A DNA stretch of 63,874 bases, filler included, from Dugesia japonica (lineage: Eukaryota): the NCBI GenBank assembly GCA_001938525.1. It is 6 parts of 6 records of this genome, joined end to end, with 100 filler letters (N's around TTAATTAATTAA, not from the genome) between each part and the next. Parts side by side here need not be neighbours in the genome. Positions count along the whole stretch, not along the records: positions 46,941 to 55,438 come from MQRL01587326.1; positions 55,539 to 63,874 come from MQRL01627596.1; 4 more parts are not named here. One strand, 5' to 3'. Below are positions 54,321 through 63,874 of the stretch, piece by piece. Under the pieces are notes generated by a model. The model made no database searches. It had not been told where the DNA came from and was given only the letters and a program-made list of their open reading frames with translations. The position numbers and the translations under genes are program-made. Numbering within the stretch: the stretch's first letter is position 1; the number at the start of each line of letters is the position of its first letter.

Positions 54321-55397
54321 TGTTGGGACAAAACCCAACTAACTATTATTAATTCTACAACCTACTTGAGAAAAATCATAATAAATGTTATATAAAAATT
54401 AAACCATAATAATGAAAATATCTTACCAATTTGCAAGATATATTCGATAATATCTCAAAAAATCGAGAGGAAAATAGATAATGGAAGTATATACTAAAGA
54501 TAAAGAAAGTATTAGTGATAAAATTTACAGAAATAATTAAATAAACAAATAAAATACCTGTGAAATGATCGATTTTCTGGGAAATACAAAATAATTTTAC
54601 GCGAAAAACTTCCAAAAGAGAAACAAAAGCAGCCAATGATACACGAATCTGAATGAAAAATCAGTATAAAAAGGGCAAAGAATTAGACGAAACTTACCAT
54701 TAAAAATTTCGTCATCTTGACAACAATCCACGTTTGTTAGCATCGATTGAGGTAAAAAACGAGTTACAGCGAATCAACAAAAATCCAAAATAATTCAAAT
54801 TTCTAGCAAACTTACTTGCAAGAAAATTTTCAATTCAATCCAATTGGTATCAGGAGATAATTGTCAAATTCTCAAATTACCAATACCCGAGTGAAGCAGG
54901 AAATCAACTGTCATTTCCATTAAATCTCTACTACTAGACTACTATAAATAGTCTACTATAAAGAAGCAGAAACACACAGAAATAATAAGAAATATTAATT
55001 TTCGGTTATTTGTGCTCACATCAAATCAATTCAAGATCTATTCTTCAATCTAGTTCTCTATTCAGAACAGGAAAATAATAACAGCCATCAGTTATTTCAT
55101 TATCGCCGCGAACGTCAATTATCCTACAACCAGACAATTCAAGATCCAATTTTTCAGTTCCAACCGTAGTCATCAATTAAGTATGTTATATATTGTTGTT
55201 ATGTAATTATATGCAATTATGTAACCTAATTTGATTTACTTGTTAGTTTTATTGTCATTTAATAATTATTTGTTTAATCTAATCATTATTTTGAGTTTTA
55301 AATGTTTGACTTTATTATGATTAGGTTTTAAGTAAGACACTATAAGTTAGTAAGAGTATGCACATTATGAGTTAATAAATTTTTATCAGAACTATCA
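54321..55397 (+). repeat. Probable solo LTR (~1.07 kb)
   Basis: Starts TGTTGGG directly after (AAT)n. Internal CCAAT and TATAAATAG (~54944), AATAAA near 55374 and a candidate CA end. The 3' end is uncertain. Confidence 0.5.
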
Positions 55398-55438
55398 AAG
55401 AAACTACTATTGCTACTTTTATTATTATTATTATTATT

Positions 55439-55538
55439 NNNNNNNNNNNNNNNNNNNNNNNNNNNNNNNNNNNNNNNNNNNNTTAATTAATTAANNNNNN
55501 NNNNNNNNNNNNNNNNNNNNNNNNNNNNNNNNNNNNNN
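55439..55538. other. Artificial scaffold-joining spacer
   Basis: N44-TTAATTAATTAA(55483-55494)-N44. Confidence 0.95.
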
Positions 55539-58500
55539 GCGGAACCGTTTCCATGGCAACGGTTACCCCCCCCCGACTGCTTCTTGTTCTCGAGTCCTCC
55601 TTTCTATCTACTAATATATATCACAGAATTGAACCAGATGATCGAGATGTCAAAATACCGTTCTCGAAAGGAGTGGTGATGGGACTCAAGAAATGACAAT
55701 AGTTAAGACACTCTATCCAGGGAGCTCCTGTAGAACTACTTTAGTTCAATACCTCACTTCGGACGAGGGAGCCTCACCACAGGGATGCTATGGCTTGCAA
55801 ACGGCTTTGACACAACACGTGATAGCTTCGAAATTGAGGTAGACAAAATATAGTGTTTTCAAGCATTTGATCCTATGTGCCTCTCATCTCATTGAGTTTT
55901 CTCCGTCATTTTGATTCTTTCTTTTAAGGCACATATCTAGAAATTTCAAGTATTTGTGACTCCTCACGTGCCATTCACTCCTTGCTCTTAGGTCAATGGG
56001 TTTTTGTGGTATCCCATCTTTGAGATTTTCGATGATAAAAAATAAATTAATGCTCAGTTTTTTAACCAAAACACTGAGGTTACAAATCATAGTAATCTTC
56101 AATATGTGAATTATAATAATTTATTATCATTAAATATTACCTATTGTATTTTTCTGCTTAATAATTAATTTCATTTTATTTTTATAGCACATTTTAATCA
56201 ATTATTGAAATATTATTTAACCCTCATTATTTAACTCATTTTTTTGGAACACGCTATTTTTTCGTCGTCTTGTTTTAGTTGAATGTTTTCTTACCGTGGT
56301 TTTTAATGTAACTAATAATTTTTTACTTATTTATTGTTATTTCTGTTTTGTCCCTTCTAGCCCGAAAATTTTATTTTATCAATCAATGTCGTTTGTTTCT
56401 TTATATTATCTACTTTTATACTGGACGAACTAATATTACAAACAAATCATTTAAATTATTCATCCAGTCAATCAATAATTTTGCATGAAATTCACTATTT
56501 CTTTGTAAATGGTTATTGACCTCAATTTGAGATGAAAAATGATCGTTACATCCTAGTTCTGAATACAGACAATAATTCATTATTAAAACTTTTATTACTA
56601 TTATAGATCTGTGTTTTAATTATTATTCAAAGCTATCAATGAATAATTGAATTCTTTTTTACTTAACACACAAAGTTAATTAACCAACCCAATGTCAATT
56701 TATCGATTTTAAATATTATGCACAAAACTGAATTTGCAGTATTTTAATACGTTTCGTTAATTAATGTTAATATATCTTTATTTTAACACAAATAAATATA
56801 TTTTTAATTTTAAAGCAGTTTATTTTATGTGGTTTTGATTTAAGTTTATTGTATTGTTTTGAAATCACTTAGTAGATATTTTTGCTTTAAAATAAAATGT
56901 GCAATTAACTTTTTCATCGATCCAAAAGTGGTAAAATAAATAATTTTTCAAGTGCTGTAAAATCTATTGGTTTCATTCAAAATAGATAAGTGGAATTTGG
57001 GTATCCCGTATAATGTATAATTAATGAAAAAACTTACTATTTATAATTTTAGTAAATTTAGTTTTCATTTCTTACAATAAATATTTCAGTATTTTATTTT
57101 AAGTACAGACTGACTTTGACTTTCGTGCATTATCGGTTCCTGAAAATGCGTTCGAATGTTGAATGTTCGAAAGTAGATGTATATAAAATCTCACGTGATT
57201 AAATATCGATAAACCTTTAAATCAATAATAAACCGGAAGAATTTGTATTAGTTTGATGAATGAAAAGTTATCATAAAACAATGACATATATCGTCCACAC
57301 ATATTTGCCAATTTTTATAATTTTTAAAGTTACAACTAAAATTTTAAAATTTTACTCCTATTTGGTTGATTTTTTATGCACACAAAAAATAAAGTTTATT
57401 TTCTATTTATACCCATTCAACAAATTAAATGTATCAATTTTGTTTCTTTTTATTTAATAATAATATCCAGTTGTGTTTTTTTTACTTTATAAAATTAATA
57501 ATAAATACAAATAAAAATTAAAAACTTAAAAAACAATTGGTTTTTTTAATATTAGCTATAAAAATAATGAAGTGAAATTCAGATTCATGTTATATCAAGA
57601 ACTTGTGGCTCAACATCATTTTTAAAATTTTAAATTTTAAAATAGACCCCATACATGTCTATGTATGTATATGTCACCTCTGACATATATTATCAGTATT
57701 TTATGTTTAGTTTTATTATTTTTATACAGTAAAGATTCGTAAAAAGCAACCTCATTAAAATGAACTAACAGAAAAATAAACTTTTTGATTCTAAAAGAAT
57801 TTTTGATCATAAAAATCAACAATTGTATAATTTTATTCTAATTTTATTTAAATTTCTAATTTGTTAAAAATTCAAATTTATTTTGGAATTTTTAAATAAA
57901 TTTCTGAAAATTATATTATTTTTTTTAATTATTAAAAGTAAGCAAATGCTGATTTTCTTTAAATGAACAATTTTTAAATAAATATTAGACCTCTTAACAA
58001 AAGTACACTCTTGAATTTTATTTTTCTAAAAATACACACTGTTAAAAATCTTAAAAAATACACAATTTTTTAAAATAAATAGCTTTATTAATCATAATTT
58101 CTTGGACAAGTTTGCTTATTATGACTTGATACACCACAAATATTACATTTTACTTTTCTTTTTTCCTGATTTTCAGCTATTCTTCTTGTTTCAGCACTTT
58201 CAGGTCTATCTTTTCTTGCTTAAGTTACAATTTTTTTTCCATATTTTCTAAGAGTTCTTTTTTACTAAAAATCCAAAATATTATATAAAATTTCATCTAC
58301 TTCAGTATTTATAAGACCCAGAGCTTTCAAGGATAAAGATGTACAGAAAGAATTGCCATACTGGACAAGTAATATTTTGGCTTCTTTCACAATTTAATTA
58401 TATTTCACTTTAATTTTGTGGCCTGCACATTCATAGATTAAATTTGAATCAATTAGACGTTTTACATCAACGATAATAAATTTCTTCTTAAATAGATCTA

Positions 58501-59599
58501 TTATTTATTGTTTTGATAGAAATGTTGGTCACAAAAAACCAGGAGGCCCTCTCTTACTATTTTTTTCTTTCTTCATTAAATCTCAATATAATATATTCAA
58601 AATCTCCTAATGTCTTGCAATAACTAATTTCACAATCTTAGGACAATAGCACGGAGCATGTGATACTGTTTTTCTTTCTTCGTTACAAGCACAAAATTTC
58701 TGATCTATCTTGAAATATTTTATTCCTGTAAACAAATCATTTGATATCAACTTGTGTATAAAATACTATTCTTCTACCATTAATCTGTCTTCACAATATT
58801 TTATTTAAATTTTTGTCTATTGCAATGTTCTCAGGGTGTAGTCTTTGACTTTTTAAGACTTTCATTTTTCAAAATAATCACCTTTAAATAGCTTATGTGG
58901 ACATGTGTATATTTTGTTAGAATTCATTTAAAATGTCTTAAAGTAATTCCCATATTTGATTGATAATAGAAGGAAAGTTTCTTTTTCTTCATCCAACAGA
59001 GGCGTGCATTTAATATTGTTGTTTTTATCTAAGTAATAGAAACTCTTTACTATTTTGAATAGCCACCTGTTTGTATTTATATTATTGAAATTTTCTGTTC
59101 TCTCTAAAGCTAAATTAAAATTCAGATAGCCTGTAACTTTTCATAGTTTGTCTCTAGCAAGATTTCTTCGATTGATATCTTTACAATTTACCAAGTTATG
59201 GAAGTGTCTGACTGTATGTATTATTCATCCAATAGCTCGAACAACCATAAACCACCTAAAAGTAATTTTTTCTACAACTGGCTGACAATCATGTTTGAGT
59301 TCTGAGGTGTTCTCCAGTTCTTCGTGTTTTCCTTCATGTAAAGAGTCTGTTTAAAAATTGTTTAAATATTCAATAACAGCTTTTTAAATTCTGAAGGAAA
59401 GGATCCATTTTCTATGAACAAATGTCTTATACTCATATAATTTCTGCCATGGATGCAAAGAGCTTCTACTAATTTTTCAAAATCAAATCTTCCCATTTTA
59501 TTAAAATTTCATATGAATAATTAATAATTAACCTTATGTCTTCCCATAAACCCTAGAAATTTATGAGGATTGTCTCCTTTAATTAATTATTTAATTAAA

Positions 59600-60130
59600 T
59601 AATTTAACCTGGTACAATCAAAATTTTAATCAAATTCAAAAGTGTCCACAATAATAATACTATTTAAACAACATATAAAACAATCAAAACATTCACAAAA
59701 TTCTCTATTATTAGTAACTGTTCCATACATCCCCATCTTTTAAAAGTCTTTTAATTTTTCAATATTGCTCTGAGAACCTTTGGTCGCTTTCAAAACACAT
59801 CTTCTATCATAACTCTTTTCTACAATTTGATAAGGCTCCACAAACCTGTTTTTTTCAATCTCTATTTTCTAACTTTACCAACACAGTTTTATTTTTCGAT
59901 ATGCCTATTTTTCTGCCTGTCTTGTCTTTTCTTTTCGTTTCCATCCGTAATCTCCATTGTGTACCGTCTCTCTCTACTAATGCATCTCTCAAATACCATA
60001 TTAATAGGACTCATTTGTATGGTTTTATGTATTGTATCGTAATTTGAAAAATTTATCTCTTGCAAAATATCTGCTCAATTGGTAGTTCTTCTTACCTTCA
60101 TCATAACATTTAACCAATCACAGGTTGTTC
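59600..60130 (-). mobile_element. Gypsy integrase C-terminus, polypurine tract and start of 3' LTR
   Basis: TTN*ADILQEI...TIHKTIQMSPINMVF...RFVEPYQIV, then AAAAGATGGGGA followed by TG at 59729. Confidence 0.7.
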
Positions 60131-60583
60131 AAAATTTAACCTCATTTTGACTGTTTGAGTTATAATGGCATGAACACGACTTTTGAATTTTAATATTCAT
60201 TTCTCTGCAACTTTTGATCAAAATACTTTAAATAAGTCTGGCTGGGGGACTCAGAAACACATTACGCTTAAGCTGCGTTTTTTTGACATAATTTTTGTGC
60301 TCGTTTTTTTCCTAAGATATTTGGGATCAAAAATTTTTAAAGATTTTATAAGATTTATTTGAAAATTTTCTGTCTATTGGTTATGACGTCATAATTTTTT
60401 GAAATCTTTATTTTGGTTAAAAATGCTGTATTTTGCTTAAATTGATGAATTTAATGAAAGTAATGGTACTTTTGAGTATTTGATGAAATTTTTGGTTATT
60501 TTTTCGGTATTTTTGAACAGGGAAGGGTTGTTTTTGAATATTTTCGAACGAGGAAGAGAGGAGTCTTGATATTTTTGAAAACT

Positions 60584-60678
60584 TTTTTGGCGGGAAATTC
60601 AAAAAAATATTTTTGTCGAGTAATTCAAAAAAAATATTTTTAGCGGAAATTCAAAAAAAAATTTTTGGCGGAAATTTT
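60584..60678. repeat. ~27-bp tandem repeat TTTTGGCGGGAAATTCAAAAAAATA (E2F/CHR-like), 4 copies
   Basis: Four degenerate units visible. Confidence 0.85.
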
Positions 60679-60754
60679 GTATTTGAATGGGGGGTAATCT
60701 ATTTAAAATAATTATATTTTAATTAAATTACATTTAATTTATTTATGTAAGAGA

Positions 60755-61090
60755 TGAGGTAGTCTCTATATTTTGCATATTTTTTAAGATATTATTACAC
60801 GATATCGGGCAGTCTTCATATTTTTTAAGATATTATTACAAGATATTTTTGCATGGTATGGACAGTCTTGATATTTTTTAAGATATTATTACAAGATATC
60901 GGACAGTCTTGATATTTTTTTAAGATATTAATACAAGATATCTGACAGTCTTGGTATTTTACATGGTATGGGCAGTCTATATATTTGTGCATGGTATAAT
61001 TAGTCTTGATATTTTGAATGGGGAGCTTCTATATTTAGCATGGGATGGGACAAACTTGATATTTTGCAAGGTATGAGGTAGTCTAAAATT
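60755..61090. repeat. ~33-bp degenerate tandem array (GACAGTCTTGATATTTT core)
   Basis: About ten recurring units. Confidence 0.8.
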
Positions 61091-61420
61091 CATAGGCATG
61101 TGATTTTCAGTGTATGCGTGTTGCATCTGAGTTGCATATAAGCTGCATACCTATTGCATTTATTTAAAATATCAATAAAAATTCTTAGGCACGTGATTTT
61201 TAATGTATGTGTGTTGCATCTGAGTTGCAACTTAGTTGCATACCTATTGAATTTATTTTAAAAAATCAAAATGGTGGCTATATTGAGTTTTAAAAATCAA
61301 AATGGCGGTTATGTTAAGTTGTAAAAACTTATTTTTTGATAAGAAATTTATTAAAAATTCTCAGACTTGTGATTTTTAGTGTAAGTGTGTTGCAGCTGTA
61401 ATGCTTCTGACTTGCATTTA
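61085..61420. repeat. Three ~90-bp related repeats (GTGATTTT..TGTGTTGCA)
   Basis: Units start near 61087, 61180 and 61355. Confidence 0.75.
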
Positions 61421-61610
61421 TGGAAATATATCCATCAAGAAACTTCAAAGAGGGGAGTATTTGTAATATTTTCATGATAAAAATATCTATCAAAATACCT
61501 CAAATAGGTGAGTCTTTGTTATATTTACATGATACAATATTCAAATTAAAATGTTTCTTTACAAAATGATAAAAACATTTAACTTTTTTCATAAAAAATT
61601 AAACTCTTAC

Positions 61611-61830
61611 CATAATTATGTTCATATCTTTTATCTAAATATTCAAAACAAACACCATCGTCTTCCTCGTCAGGGTATGGATCTTTCATCTTTTCATCTT
61701 GAAATACAGTTTGTTCTTCATTAATATTGATGGTTGCAATGATATTTTCTATTTCTTCTCGGTTAGTATCATTTTCAAGTCCATTTACTCCTTGAACAGA
61801 TTTTTCAAGAAAAATTTCACAAGTATTCAT
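61611..61830 (-). CDS. Orphan 'gene A', copy 2, exon 1
   Basis: Open from ATG 61830 to ...VCFEYLDKRYEHNY G|gtaagagtttaattt, the same donor context as copy 1 (9567/9568). No intact exon 2 found. Confidence 0.5.
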
Positions 61831-62060
61831 TTTCTAAAAAGTGAATTTATTTTAAAAAGAGTCCTATTTATATAAACCCGGTAACCAATCATAACTGTTA
61901 AAACAAATATTAACAAATCAAATCAATTTTTGCAAACATTAACAAATAGAAACTCAAAANTAACGAGTATGTGTGTATCGCAACTAGTATATAAGCAAAG
62001 GTTTACATAACATTAACCCCTTTTATAATTCAAAAATGCAAGAAAACCAACTCACTAAGG
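61831..62060. promoter_or_regulatory. Putative bidirectional promoter, copy 2
   Basis: Reverse-complement homolog of 9076-9305, including GATTGGTTACC.GGTTTATATAAATAGGAC. Confidence 0.55.
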
Positions 62061-62063
62061 AAA

Positions 62064-62245
62064 ACGTCTCAACAATAATTGTGGAACATGGAAAAATTAC
62101 AGATTTCCATAATTACAAGTTGTTCTTTTTGAAGACTCCAATTATCTATGACTTCAAAGTAATTACTTTTTATTTCATTATAAACTAATATTTTATTTTA
62201 AAAACCAGTTTCAATAAAAAAAGCCAACTTTAGTTTGTTTCTATC
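62064..62245 (+). pseudogene. Orphan 'gene B', copy 2 (5' fragment)
   Basis: TIIVEHGKITDFHNYKLFFLKTPIIYDFK, GT donor at 62159, then KPVSIK. Start codon and acceptor appear mutated. Confidence 0.55.
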
Positions 62246-62559
62246 TGGAATTCTAGAGAAGGATAGAAAAATACTGGAAGTTCTGTTTGCTAGATTAAGC
62301 AGACAAATTGAAGTCTATGAAGCTATTTATATAGGTTTTGAAGAAAGAGACGAGAATCAATATGAAGACAACAACTAATACATAATTTAAGTGGAGATTA
62401 AAGGTTTCAAGAAGTCCATTAATTCGGTAGGAGCTATATGGAAAGTTAAAAATATTACAATAAAGATCTAGATTTGTTTACTTAATGTTTTCTTAGTGTT
62501 ATGTTTTTTTTATACTGAAATAAATCTTTATGAAAACAAAGTCTTTTAAATTTTAATAG

Positions 62560-62950
62560 CAAATAATACACTCATAAAACCTATAATACACGGTTACTAT
62601 GTAATTAATACAAGGTAACTACACAAATAATACACTTATCAAACTTATATTAAATAGTTGCAAAGTAAATAATACAATGTAAATATACAAATATTACACT
62701 CATAAACCCTATATTACACGGTGACTATGTAAACATACCATATAATACATGGTTGTTTTAAAAATAATACACTCATAAACTATATATTACACGGTTGCTA
62801 TGTTAATAAAACATGGGAACTATGATTTGTCATCTGAATTATATAAATAAATCTTATAATACAAGGTACCAATGCAAAACATACACTCATNAACCCTCTA
62901 TCTTCTTTAACCCTCTTCACTCTTAAACTTTATACACTCATAAATCCTAT
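62560..62950. repeat. Degenerate tandem array (ATACACTCATAAAC / ACACGGTTACTATGT)
   Basis: About six recurrences of the acactcataaac motif. Confidence 0.8.
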
Positions 62951-63005
62951 TTAGATATTAAAATATTTACTTATAAGTCTTTTTATATAGGCTTATTAGC
63001 TATAT

Positions 63006-63160
63006 ATTTTCTATACAATATGATAAAAACAGACTTTTTTCTATAAAAAATAATAAAAACATAGAAATTTTCCATAAGTATATATATATATGGAAAATTT
63101 CTATGTTTTCATTATTTTTTATAGAAAAAGTCTATGTTTTTATCATTTTATATAGAAAAT
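63006..63160. repeat. Near-perfect palindrome centred on a TA run
   Basis: ~70-bp arms, e.g. CATAGAAATTTTCCATA...TATGGAAAATTTCTATG. Confidence 0.9.
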
Positions 63161-63735
63161 TGTCACTACATATGTGTTTATTATAGAAAATCTGCATCAC
63201 CAATATGTTTTTTAATATAAATATTGTCACTAGTAATATGTTTTTATAAAAATATTACATTACTAATATGTTTTTTATAGAAACATTGTCACTAGTAATA
63301 TATTTTTTATAGAAATATTGTCACTAGATATACGTTTTTTATAGACAAATTGCATGACTAATATGTTTTTTTAGAGACATATTGTCACTAGTAATATGTT
63401 TTATATGAACAAACTGTATCTCCAATATGTTTTATTTTAGAAAATTGCATTGTCAATATGTTTTTAGTAGAAAATTGCATCGCTAATGAGATTTATTATT
63501 AAAAATTGCAACGCTGATGTGGTTTTTTATTTAAAACTGCATCGGTAATGAGATTTTTTATTAAAAATTACATCGGTAATATGAATTTTTATTAAACATT
63601 GCAACGGTTATATGGTTTTTTATTTAAAATTTCATCGCCAATGAGATTTCTTATTAAAAATTGCAACACTAATGAGACTTTTATTAAACATTTCATGACT
63701 ATATGTTTTTATAGAAAAATTGCATGACTTATATA
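63150..63735. repeat. ~31-bp tandem satellite (TTTTATAGAAAATTGCATCACTAATATG-like)
   Basis: More than 15 degenerate units. Confidence 0.9.
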
Positions 63736-63874
63736 TTTTTTTTTATGAAAAAAGTTAAATTTTTTTATCATTTTGTAAAGAAACGTTTTAATTTGAATAA
63801 TGTATCATGTAAATATAACAAAGACTCCCCTATTTGAGGTATTTTGATAGATATATTTTTATCATGAAAATATT

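Noticed and set aside
58170-59500. Protein-like minus-strand tract, possibly a retroelement
   Set aside because: Too degraded; I could not identify a diagnostic motif.

Overview
Very AT-rich eukaryotic DNA from a gapped draft assembly. (AAT)n microsatellites, ~42-75 nt GT-AG introns and a divergent Axin suggest an invertebrate, possibly a planarian flatworm (inference). The window is not contiguous: five artificial N44-TTAATTAATTAA-N44 spacers join six scaffolds. Most of it is decayed mobile DNA: several Ty3/Gypsy LTR remnants, hAT, pogo/Tigger, mariner, Tc1/IS630, maT-like and MULE transposons, a Penelope GIY-YIG fragment with an inverted duplication, and Maverick/Polinton fragments (integrase plus a GGFL protein; possibly a capsid N-terminus elsewhere). 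One apparently intact host gene, missed by the ORF track, is a spliced Axin-like gene (RGS domain plus GSK3-binding helix) at 42301-44062. The least explained feature is a dispersed cassette of two divergently transcribed, intron-containing orphan genes around a shared CCAAT/TATA promoter. It occurs on two scaffolds, and one copy sits among E2F/YY1/CRE-like motifs, tandem arrays and inverted repeats, suggesting an unclassified large mobile or virus-like element. All family calls come from manual translation and motif recognition, not database searches; boundaries of decayed elements are approximate.
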